A model generated the notes under the pieces. It made no database searches, was not told the origin of the DNA, and was given only the letters and a program-made list of their open reading frames with translations. A program made the position numbers and the translations under genes. This document shows, one piece after another, positions 1 to 10,799 of a stretch of 64,000 nt of DNA. Location: assembly GCA_013239625.1 (NCBI GenBank), contig MU055785.1, positions 2,232,001-2,296,000 of the forward strand, written 5' to 3'. This DNA comes from Lama guanicoe (taxonomy: Eukaryota). Positions within the stretch are counted from its first letter, which is position 1, and each line of letters opens with the position of its first letter.

Positions 1-1079
1 CTTCCCCCACGTTGGCTCCTCCAGAGGGTGCCAGCTCTGTCCTTTCAAGCAGTGAATAATAGCCTCCTTGTGATCTGGTGCCAAGAACTTTTGTCCCTGC
101 ATTCAAGGTATGGCTTTCTTTGAAAGATGGTTGAGAGTTAAAGTGAGGGGAGAGAGGATAAGGAAGATTAAGGCAGTAACATCGTGATGTAAATGTTTTA
201 GCAGTCTTCACATGATTTAGCTTCAGCTTGAGTCTCCCCAGTCATGAGTCCCACTAACACAGGAGAAGGCTTTCCCTGGCCTGAAAATAGTAATCCTTGG
301 CTCTTCTCATGAGGTCTCTCCAGGCTTCCCCATGGAGCCAGGTGAGCTGGAGGAAGATGCCATTGGAGGATAAAATAGCAGCAGCAGAAACAAGTAGCCC
401 TTCCGAGACCAAGTCCAGAGCATAAAATAGAGCATCGCAGCCTGATGTGTGGGTCTCTCTTGATAAGGATCATGACTGGATCCTCTGTGCCCAGAGATTG
501 ACCTCCAAGAGCAGATAACCCACACGTGCCACAGTCTTTAGTGCCTTTCACCTGGAGCTGCAACTCCAAGCACAGAAGTGACAAGGCTCCCTGTTAACTT
601 AGGTCTGGCTCTCCCGACCCAGCAGAGGCAGTCAGGATGCTGTTGAGTCAGGAAATGTCATAGGTGGGGAGTGGGGAATGTATCTTGGCTTTCCCTTCCA
701 CCAAGGCGAACGCCAACCTTCTACCTAGAATTCCCATAATTCCGTGGACTTCCTGTTCAACTTTGCTGTTGACAATGAGATTTGGGTTATTTGGGATGCT
801 CAAAATAAGGTGACTTCTCTAAGGCTGAGCATGGAAGACAAAAGGAGGGTGTAGTACCAACCCCAATGAGGGCAGGTCCACACCAGTCGAGCAAGGGTCC
901 GAGTTCTGGAGCCATGCTCAACTCTCTTCCAAGTTCCGCTAAAGTACAGGTGCCCTGTTTTGAGGAAGAGAGGGTCTAAGCATCAGAAAAAGCAGTATAC
1001 CCTGAGAGAATCAGACCTAACTATCTAGACACTTGCCTGTTATCTCTTAATACCAGTGAGAGTCAGAGAGACGGTCTGT

Positions 1080-3095
1080 TTTTAACCCTGGAGTTGATAG
1101 CTTAATCAGACCGATGCGGTTTTAAGACCAGGAGGTGGGGAATGATGCAGGAATACAGATGGCTTAATGACATCCGGCTGGAGCCTGAGTCTGTCAGGAC
1201 ACCAGCTTTATGTTGGGTGGCTAAGTAGAAAGGTCACACCCCAGCCGTCCTTATCCCAAAGGAGAATCACACCCTTTAATGTGGAAATTCCATAGTCCTT
1301 ACTGACAAAAGAGTTGGTGTCCCTGTACATTTTTTTCCTCCGTATTTGAGTCTGACTCTCCCTGCACAAGTAGGTGACCCCAGAGTTGCACTGTGGTTGC
1401 AGCCCGGGAGAGAAGGCAACGTCGGGCCCAGACCTGGCTGCAAAGATGGTGATTGCCGCACACTTTAGCAGCCACGTAAGAACCAGTCCCTCAGTATCCG
1501 CACTGTTGAAATGGACACTCATTACCATTCTTGCGGTGGTAAACCACCTCACCTAACCACTTGGGCAACACCTGGCTGCAAGATGGAAGACTAAACCCTA
1601 GTTAGAACTGGTCCAACTTTGGGAAATCCATGCTGGTCACATCCCGAGCTCATCCCAGGGACCAGTAAGGAGAATAATTGGTCATTTTAGTAGACGCCTT
1701 CATCTTGCAATAATCTCCACCAACCTATTTAATAGAAGCGGTCTTTTGGCCGGGAACTGAATTCACCGTGGCCGAGACTCCATGGCCAAAGTGACAGCCT
1801 GACTCCTTACGGGCCAAGAGTAGCTAACTTTCCTTGGGAAGTGACAAAAGTCAAGAGGAGAAGGGGATGGCAGAGAAATGCACTCAGCTGGGCATGTTAG
1901 TGAGTATTTATGATCTCACCACATGGGTGTTGCTACCACCACCAGTCCTGGATAATATGTGGCTTGTTGAAATGGGACAGACGCACCCACTTCCCATGTC
2001 TTTACAATTTTCCCCCCTAAACAGAATCAGAGCGCTTAAGAGACTAGTTACGTAGCTGCGGCCAAAAAAATACAAAGTGAGCATGGGTATTGGGTCTGAA
2101 AGCGAACAGGTGTGCAAAGCCAAGACCTCGGGGTCCTAGATGAGAGGTGGTTAGGCAGGCTTCACTGGCTGATCGACACGGGAAAGGAAGTCCCCAGCTG
2201 ATGAAAAGGCGGGACACTTCCCTTATCTCACAGCTGGCTCCTTAAAATCCAAAGACAGACCCCAATATTTCTTCCTTTGTTCCTGCCGAAGTCTCTGCTA
2301 ATTGGTTTTTGTTTCAGGGCTGAGTTCTGAAGAAGGAAGGAGCCTGTAGCAGAAAATTGCCACCACCCCCGGAATGAAGACCCTCGGCCATCCCGGGCAG
2401 AGCTGTCACTACCGGCCACGTTGGCTGATGGCTCCCCACCCGAGTGCCTTTCTTCCTTCTCTCTCTGCTGGAGCACTTTCCATCCATCTCCCCTTCTGAG
2501 TAGGAAAGCGGGGCTGCTCGCTTGGCCCCTCTGCGTCTGCTGTGTGAATTCCCTCACAGCCGGCGGCCAGGACGCACGCTTTTGGAGGGCTTCCTAATTT
2601 AGGGTCCCTCCATCCACTAAAGACATATTCAGCGAGCTTGAAATATCTCGTGTTTGCAGGATTCCTATTTGGCAAGCGGGAGCTAACTTGAACAGAAGGG
2701 TTTACAGCACTAAGACACTTAGTCTAGAGATTCAAAAGGGGAGGAAAAATCAGATCTGTTAGACTCCACGATAGAATTCAAAAGGAGCCATTTTATTTTG
2801 ATTCAATGTTAAATGAGTTACGTGAAATATCAGGTGAACCATTTGAGGGGCTCAAAGATTCATCCCGCAGTTTAGTCAAAGGGGAGGAGCTTCCCTTACA
2901 ATTGCTAGACGTTCATCTCAACGAAGAAGTCAGTGTCTTCATCACCCTTTGTGATGAAGACCCTCAGACGTATGCCTCCAGGAACTCCATAAAAACGCCC
3001 ACCATCTACGTGGGGTCTTTTTTAACCTGAACATTATCAGGAAGAACCAATGACTTTCTGAAGAGTCTATGTTGGTAATCTTGCAGATTATCCCC
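1080..3095 (+). mobile_element. Ancient non-LTR retrotransposon ORF2 relic (RTE-X/L4-like), copy A: AP-endonuclease, linker, RT domains 0-1
   Basis: Degenerate motifs in the expected order across frameshifts: LVSLYI..PP (1314; cf. INVYIPP), VIAAHFSSHV (1449-1478; cf. IIxGDFNARI), LHLAIISTNL (cf. IDYxIxSxxL), SD at 1790 (cf. SDH), EEV..I..L (2923), P-ELHK (2975), IIP (3087). Confidence 0.6.
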
Positions 3096-4182
3096 TGTGA
3101 TGCTGTAATACAAATACGCATTTGGTCTTGGTCCACCGTCCAGGCACATAGCTCCTAAAACCCTTCTAGAGGAAGTTATGAGAGCTGTTGGAACACCTTT
3201 TATTATAATGTTTAATTTTGTTTCTAGTTCCTGAAGTAGATCTAGAGCTAAAGAGGTAAACCAGGTGTCTTCTGTTATTCATAATAAGCCCCTTTCAACC
3301 ACACTGTTATGCTAACGGCATGACTTCTGGATAGCCTTTAAGAGGGGGGCTGGTTGCCAGGGGAACCAACTTTAGGATTAGAGAGTTCGAAGTCTTGGAA
3401 CGCTATCCTTTGTGCTTTTACGGAAGTTTTATTATGTAGGCGTGACTGACCTGATCACTCATAACCGGCGACATAACCGAGCTCCAGCCCCTTTCTCCTC
3501 CCCGGAGGTGGAGGTGATGAGCAGGGCTGGCTGGAATTTCCGCGTTGGTAAAACACATGGATGTGCTGGGAGGGTGGTACTCCTGGGGCGGACACGGCAG
3601 CTCCACGCCCCTCCCTCACATACCTTGCCACCTCTCTCTCTCTTCCATCTGGAGATGCGAGTTAAACCCTTTTACAATAAACTAGGTTGTCTGGTAGACG
3701 TCGAGGTTCCGGGAGCTGCTTGAGCAAGTTAAACAAACTTAAGGAGGGGACCACGGGAACCACGGATTAAACAGACAGTTCATCAAAAGCGTCGGTAACA
3801 ACCTGGAATTGTGATTGGTGGGTGAAGCGGGAGGTGGACAGATCTGCTGCTTGCACCCAGATGCTGCTGCAGGATGGCTTTGTGTGTGGAAAAATCCACG
3901 TATCTGGTATCAGAGGTAAAAAAGAACTGCTGACGCCTGGACAACATGGGGGTCGGGACGCTGACCCTACGTGCGGTTGAAAAAAAATCCACGTGTGATT
4001 TATGATCGGCTCGCCTTGTACGTGGTCCCTCCTTATTTGCGGTTCTGCATCTGCAACTGCGACTGATCTTTGACCACCTACCATTAGTATTTACCACTAA
4101 AAGAGCGTAAGTGGACCTGCACAGGTCAAATCCATCCTGTTCAAGGGGTCTATCATAGTAGAGTATTGAGTGGAAGGAACAG
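3096..4182 (+). mobile_element. MER21-type LTR (solo), with internal inversion and nested MITE
   Basis: Starts TGTGATG; resembles MER21 consensus as recalled (gctcctaaaaccctt, tattcataataagcccctttcaaccacac, ggctggttgccaggggaaccaac, AATAAA near 3676). Flanked by tcccc/tccct, a probable 5-bp TSD. Confidence 0.8.
3927..4153. mobile_element. TcMar-Tigger-derived MITE (Tigger2/MER8-like)
   Basis: Degenerate TIRs ctgctgacgcctggacaaca ... ctgttcaaggggtcta (cf. cagttgacccttgaacaac); internal taagtggacctgcacag. Confidence 0.7.
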
Positions 4183-4460
4183 TCCCTTACATTCTGGATT
4201 AGAATGTCAGAAGTTTGACACAGGGCTGGACACAGGTCTTCCAAGTTCCTACCTTGCCGACACGCGGAACGCTTGGAGGGAACCAAGGTTAAAGACCCGA
4301 CTTGAAAGAAAACGCCATCCCCTGACCACACCACCTCCATGTGGAGGCGACACTGAGAACATACAGAGAAAGGCAAACCCATGAGTGGTGTGTGGCCTTT
4401 AGTGATGAGTTTTTGATGCAGGAGCACTGGGTAACCAGAGCAAAGCTCTACCTCGCAGAC
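4183..4460 (+). mobile_element. RTE-X/L4-like relic copy A, continuation: RT domains 2-3
   Basis: Resumes right after the LTR: YLADTRNAWRE (4250), DH, YRERQ..CVAFSD (4392-4406; cf. VAFIDxxKAFD), VTRAKLY (4431-4451; cf. VxRxKLW). Confidence 0.6.
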
Positions 4461-4505
4461 CCTCAAAGCAAGTGACCATAAAGGGGAAAATTGGACCCTT
4501 CCTAC

Positions 4506-4852
4506 TGTAAGTAAACCTCAATTAAAGTTGGGAGGCCAGAAAGGGAGGCTCTCATGCCCCACAGTGATGGCAGAGCCCAACACGAGCACTTGTTTGGCAA
4601 GAGCCCAGCCAATGAGGCTGCCATAACTCAGACAAAGAGAAGTCATTTACTTAAAGCTCTCAGCTCCTCCAGTGGACTGTTTCCAACAGCCTTTCAACTT
4701 CCCTTTCTCCTCTATAAAAGAGTTTGCTCCTTCTTGCACGAGACTTGCACATGGCTGACCGTGGATGCAGACCCTGAGTCGCCCCTCTCTGCTCATTCTG
4801 TATAGATCCAGCTTTTCTGGAGAAATACACAGCAGTGTACTTAAGGTGAGCA
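4506..4852 (+). mobile_element. ERV1-class 5' LTR
   Basis: TG...CA ends, CCAAT at 4609, TATAAAA at 4713, immediately followed by a PBS-like sequence. Confidence 0.75.
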
Positions 4853-4854
4853 TT

Positions 4855-4875
4855 TTCATGGCCCATACAGGGGTC
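4855..4875 (+). other. Primer-binding site, tRNA-Ile-like (degenerate)
   Basis: catggcccatacaggggt resembles TGGTGGCCCGTACGGGGAT, the complement of a tRNA-Ile 3' end; it lies directly after the LTR. Confidence 0.55.
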
Positions 4876-4919
4876 CAGAGAAGACCCTTGATGGCTCAGG
4901 CTTGGAGAAACATTTCTCT

Positions 4920-6378
4920 AGGATGGAGATGAGTCTCCTCTCATCCTAGTTGGCACCAGAGCCCATCTCGGGGGTCAACCCCACAACCACAATGGAGCCC
5001 CCGCCTCGGAGTCCTGGGACAGTTCAAAAAGTGGGGATTACTCATCAATCAGGAGGTTCCTGTCTCTGAACTTTCCCCTTTTGTTGAGGTTCTGAAATAC
5101 AAACCCTTCTCTTAGTTGCTCTGCTCCTACTCATTAGGTAGAGAATTCTTAGGAAAGTTTCATGCTGGAATTTCTCTCTCAAAAGGGAACAATTCTAGGA
5201 TTTGACAGTCAAAGTACCAACCAGGTGAATTGGTGACCCTTGGACATCTTTTATTTGCTCCCTCTCTGATGGTACTGGAAGTCGATTCTGAAAACACTGA
5301 TTGTTTGTCCCTGTTGAATCAGCTACCACGCGCCTCGTGGGCAAAACCTCCAACTGATACGGGCAAAATTTACATTCAGTGTACCCGCATTAAGATGCAG
5401 CTAGATTCCTCCACACTTCTCCCCAGAATGTGCCGATACCCTAATTAAGGCACAGAAGCCCTTCAAGGTATGAAGCCCATGACAGATTAAGGTTCAAGGC
5501 CTCATTATCCCTTGTAGTAGGCCCTATAACACTCCTGGGTCACAAGTGAGAAAACCTAAGGGCCAAGGGTGGAAAAGCACAGAACCCCCAGGGAGTAGGC
5601 CTTGCCATCCCCTCCACACCCTGCTGTCCCCAAGCCTTGAATGCTACTAGCATCCATTCCCCCCGGAAGCAAGTTCTTTGCTGTAATGGATGGATGCACT
5701 GCATTCTCTGGGATTCTAGTTGGTGAAGCTAGCCGGTACCTTTTGCCTTTAGCTGGGAAGAAAAAGGGTTCGCCCGGAAAGCTGATGCTTCTGGGTTTTA
5801 CTGAGAATCCTTATTTCTCATGAGTCCTGCAGGCTGATCTGGATAATGTGACATTCCCCAGGGGTTCTGCTTTGTTTCAGTACGTGGATGACTGGCTTCT
5901 TTGCTCTCCTTTCTCAAGCCTCCTCACGGGAAGACAGCATCTATCTGTTAGAGCTCTTTAGCCTTAAAGGGACCCAAGGTTGCCAGCCAAGGACCGCAGC
6001 CTGCCCGAACCTAGGCTCGGTATTTAAGGCATCTGATTTACCAGGACAAGAACCACACTGAGATCCGGATGGGACACCACGAAGTCTAAATTTCCCCAAA
6101 CCCCAACTAAGCAGCAGCTGCAAGGTTTTCTCGGGTTAGCTAGTTGTTGCCGAAACTGGTTTCCAAATATATCTTTTATGGCCAAACCTCTGTGCATTTT
6201 GAAGAGCCACCACCCCTACACAAGTTTATGAAAAAAAATCTGATGACACAGGCTTTCAAGTTTGATGAACCCACCTGCTCTTGGGCATCCCAACTGTCAG
6301 ATTCTCTTCCTTTCATATGTGAAGAAGGGAAGGCCCCTGGTGTTCATCAAAAAACATGGGGACCACCATCAACTCAGG
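4920..6378 (+). pseudogene. Decayed ERV1 (gammaretrovirus-like) pro-pol: protease and reverse transcriptase
   Basis: LVGTRA (4946; decayed LVDTGA), LGREFL, WAK..TD.G.I, LLASIP.GSKFF.V.D, GFTE.P, QYVDD (5878-5892), GFLGLASCCRNW, KHGDHH; many stops and frameshifts. Confidence 0.9.
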
Positions 6379-6949
6379 AGAGGAAATGACGTCCCTTATA
6401 ATGGATAGATGCTCATCTTTACTAAGTGACCAGACTCTGTTTCATCGATAGTAACCACCCCCACCCCTCCCCAGCATTTACCTCTAGGTGTGATGCTGTA
6501 AAGAAATAGCCATTACTTACATGGGATTCTTGCCAAGAAGTATTTAACCTGAAGCCAAACAAGAAGGAGCCAATGACCCTGAGACCAGAGTAGTACCTCT
6601 TTCTGGACTAGTTCCTCCAAGGAAAGAAACCTTTTGAGGGCTTTTAATTTCACTGCAGGATAGCCCATCTCATGTCAGGAGGTCAGTCTAGCCCATTCGG
6701 AGGCCCAGGCATAGTGAGAAAGTTACAGCTGACTTACTGTTAACCACAAAGGCACTGAATAAGCGATCACATATTTAGCAAAGGGCGAGGTGGGAATGGG
6801 GGGTGGGGTGGAGCGTGCAGGCTGTTCTTCGGAACATCCCTGCTCGTCCCGCCGAGGCCCCAGCAGCAGCAGGCATTTAGCCATTTCTTTCTTCCATGCG
6901 GGGTTTACTCCGTGGTCTCCAGGAATCCATGGTCAGTACATCCGGGAAC

Positions 6950-9750
6950 TAGGCTTCTAAGGTAACTGCATAAAAGCTTCTCCCTTCAGGCAGCTCTAAG
7001 ACCATCAGAACACGAAGCTGCTCTCTAATGTCAAGTTTCTCCAGCCTTCAAGCTCCATGGCCAACTAGTCTACCCCCTCCCCTAGGATGAGAGCTTAGGG
7101 CCCTTCTTATCTGAGAGCCAGTGGACAGATCGATTTAGTGGTGACAGTCCCTTTCGTTTGGTAACGTCCCCAAAGGACAGTCACGTCAGATGTGCAAGAG
7201 GTACATTCAGGGAGACTTGACATGGTGAGCCGTTCAGCAACGCCTCTGGAAAGGCACAGAACAGACCCGGAGCTCTCACCGCACTCCTGCACAGACTCCT
7301 CCCTCCAAACGCCCTGCAGGCATGGCCTTCAAGCAGAGGAGCAACATCATTGCTCCTTTACTAAGAGGGAAAGCCATCACACTGAGAACTGGGGGTTTTT
7401 CATGGTTGAAGTGGGTTGAACAGTGGCCCCCAAAGATATCCCCTAGGGGGTAACCCTCAGAACACGCACAGATGATCGGCGTACCAGTCAGCGAGGCCTG
7501 CATTGTTAGATCCTGGTTTGTCTTAAGGAACAGGCCAGTCATGGCGCCATCTCCAGAACACAGCACAAGGGGACGAGGGGGTGTACGGTGTGGCCTGCAC
7601 CCCGACAGTGGAACAGCATGAATCTATCTGCTTATATTAAGCCAAACTTTGAGTCTTTGGCCCCCCTCCAAATTTAAGTGGGAGCGAATCTGCAGAGAAA
7701 GGCAATAGGATTGACCTCACTTGGAAAATGGTGCTGCCCCCTGTCCACACACCTCCATGTGGATCTGATACCTCAAGCACAAGGAGGAAGCAGGCACACA
7801 GTGGGCGTGGTCCCTTCTGTGACTGCAAGGTCTTGGATGTGGGGACTTTACAGGGCAAGGCCTCTGAGATGGGAAAACCAAGTGGCGGGGGAAGCTGGAG
7901 TCTAGTTGCACGAGACCAGGGTACCCTCTGCCCCCACCACCTGCACCCCGTGCACAGAGAGAAGCCCAGCTATGATTTGAGAATAATTCCCTCAAAATCA
8001 GTGGGCAGAAGCTTGGGGTAGAACACAGGCTGCTGCAGGGTCGGGGTGGGGGTGGGGAGGGTCACGTCTCTTGCTCAGAATAACTATGCTGCTTTTCCAA
8101 TCATTAAAATACACATGTAACTTCCTTACACCACATTCGAGGCAATTTTAGCTCACAGCCTAATTTCTGCAGGTTTATGTGGCCAATGATCTTCTCAGGT
8201 GGTTTTCTGTCCCCAACCAGGGTATCTTGCTGTGTCCGCCATGAAATCAGGCAGCGGTCTCCCCATCTTGACCACGAGGTGAAAGAGTGACAGGCATCCT
8301 GGCGCAGACCCACAGAGAATCCCTCCAAGGCGGGCCAACTGAGCACCTTCAAGGACAGAGCTGGGGCAGGGGAGCTCACGGGAGCCAGAGCGAGGATGGC
8401 TTAACAAGCCAGTTCTGAGACCAGTAACAGCACGTACGGCATAGTCCCCCAGAGCATCCTGGCAGAGACAGCAGTGAAAAGAACAGCAGAGGTGAGGCTG
8501 CCGGGGGGACAGCACTGAGCAAGGTGTCTTACAGCCGAGACGGGCTAGAGAAACACGGAAGTCCTCGAAGGCGATCCCACATATGCCGGAGCCCTGGTGC
8601 CAAAACGACCGTGGCAGACGGGCGTCCCCATCTCTATTCACAAACCAGGCCATGTTCGGGGTCTTTTTCTCGGCCACAAGCACTGGCTTGAACAAAGCCA
8701 TGGGAATCTAGAACAGGACGACACTGAGTGGGTACCCACCCGAGACAGCGACCTCCAAGCAAATGGGTCCAGGTGTCAGTAAAATCCTATGGAAGGCTGG
8801 CCAGCTCATCGGCCAGGCAGCCTCCCTTGGAAGGGAAGGACAGCAAAGACGTGAAGAGATCAAAGGAAGGGCCCTTCGTTGTCTCAGCCCTGGTTCTCTT
8901 TAAAGGGATCTGGAAGATGCTCTGTGGCAGCAGACCACTGTCACTGGAGACAGTCACGTGAACACTTGGGCTACAACAGCAAGGGTGGAAGCCACTCAGG
9001 CGTGGCGACAACAGCGCTGGGACCAGCTGCTCACGCACCTGTTGTGGCCCAGGCTTCCCCTGCAGAATGACCCAGGGTGGATGCCCTTTGCAGACCTTAT
9101 CCTCCGTGTGCACAACCAGGTGATCTTCAGGCGTGCCTCACCCAACAGCCCCATTCCTGGCCTTCTCCCCTCCCCAGCCTGCTCCTCCTCTGCCCTTAGT
9201 GGCTACCTCTACCCCTGCTGCAGAGGAGCTACAAGGGAAGTTCCAGAGGGACTGGTGAGGCCAACGCGTTTTTGTCCTTCATGCTTGGTTTTCCCCGAGA
9301 GTGAAATGCAGAGAAGCAGGGGAGGCCCCCTGCACCAGGAAATGCACTGGGAAGATTCCCCATTTATCACGTGCCACTTGCCCTAGAGCCACCATGGGAG
9401 CGGCCCCTGAGGACCCCGAGCGCACACACCTGCTCCTCCCTCCTGGCCTCAGCAGCAGCGAGGTCCTCATTCACTTCTGCTTCCCCATCCGCACCAGGAT
9501 TGGTCAAGGACACTCCACCGACACTGCGTCCCTGCACAGATGAGGAGCTCAGGGCATCGGCTGTCTTTGCAGGAGATTCTTGGGAGAAGGGAGTAGAGGT
9601 TTTGCCAGCGACAGCAGGTGAAAGCCAGCTTATTTGAGACTTTCCCACCCCAAATGGAGCCACATGCTCCAAACTGCCCCTCCCAGGGGTCAGATCCCTC
9701 CTGCAGCCAGCAGCAGCTTTCTCTTTTTTCTTCCTAGTGCGATGTAGGTG
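6950..9750 (+). mobile_element. RTE-X/L4-like ORF2 relic copy B: RT domains 0-7 and C-terminus
   Basis: WTDRFS (7122), GKA (7248), SNIIAP (7340), FCDCKVLD (7815), GVE-GC (8015-8033; cf. GVKQGC), LPYTT at the YADD position (8121), LFTNQAMFGVFFSA (8634; cf. LFxAKVxxxLLYGA), C..E..H..C knuckle remnant (9431-9480). Confidence 0.6.
7403..7460 (+). mobile_element. MLT1 LTR 5' fragment inside copy B
   Basis: gtgggttgaacagtggcccccaaagatat resembles the MLT1 5' end. Confidence 0.5.
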
Positions 9751-10799
9751 CTCTGCCAGGCGGATGGCCTCGAGGAGAATCCTTAGAGAAACTTTGGGCA
9801 CCAACTTATCCCTAAACCCAGGGGACATTCCTCTGATGCTTTATATAGTCTGAAGCCACAAACACTAGTGAAGACCTTTAAGTCCCTGGCATACGGAACT
9901 GACTCCGTATTTGTTTGTGACCCATGTATCTGGAAATCAAGCTTCAGGAACATAGAAATCTAGAGGTAAATATGAATAGGAAGGAACTAAAATTTGTTTT
10001 TCAAGAGTGGGAAATTCTAAAGAGGAGGGTCCCCATGAATCAAGTGCACCAGCTGAGCAGACAGAATCAAGTCAAGACAAGCTCATGATAAACTTTAACT
10101 TCTCCGGTATCTAAGAAGTTCAAGCATCAGAAAGCAAGGAGAGAAATTATCTGAGCTCCCTTTATCCCAAACCTGTACTTTGGGAGAAGAGTAACAAGGG
10201 ACTGGAAGGCCAGATGCTGCGCCCTCGGGGACATCCTTCCCTGCCATGGGTACCCAGGGCCACCGAGATGTCCGGTATTAGCCATACCTGGAAAGGCTCC
10301 AGGCAAGGGTGCCATGACCCCCATCAGCACCTGTTCCCCTGGGGGCCAACTGCCTGCGAGCAGCGAGCAGGCTTGGAGTCTTTGAGAAAACCTGTCTTCT
10401 CAGATCAGCTTCAGGGAGAACGCTGCTGCCGTGATCTCTGCACCTCCTCCATGTCTGATTGCTCTGGCATTTGAGTTTAATCCCTCCTTTCTAAGCTAAT
10501 GCAAAACAAACACCATGCTCGCTTTCTTCTTTAGAGATAGAGATCCCATCTGTGCCTCCCTAGCAGCAGGAAAACAGACTTCTGCTCTCCTGGGTCAGGG
10601 AGGAGACACTCAAGAGATGGCCCACTCCCGAGCCCCTACCCTCCCCCTCATTCCTGAAGCCAGAGGCTGGAGCCACTGTCAGCTCTCATTAGAGGAGCCG
10701 AGGGTCCTTGCTCCCATTCTTAAAATGGCAATGATGGGGTAATCACCTCCACAGGGGGTCAGGCTGGGGGTGGGCGCTGTGGCCCAAGTATTCAGGCTC

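Noticed and set aside
3783-4466. Longest ORF in the window (227 aa, minus strand)
   Set aside because: It runs across three unrelated repeats (LINE relic, Tigger MITE, MER21) and has no recognisable domain.
8038-8061. G-quadruplex-capable G-runs (also 6783-6808, ~13946, ~58065)
   Set aside because: Common in GC-rich mammalian DNA, with no functional context.
8460-9050. Alternative reading as a third RT copy (GEAAG, PWQTGVPISIHKPG, CLSP)
   Set aside because: The spacing is too compressed, and another frame fits the expected post-RT continuation of copy B better. Not fully excluded without an HMM search.
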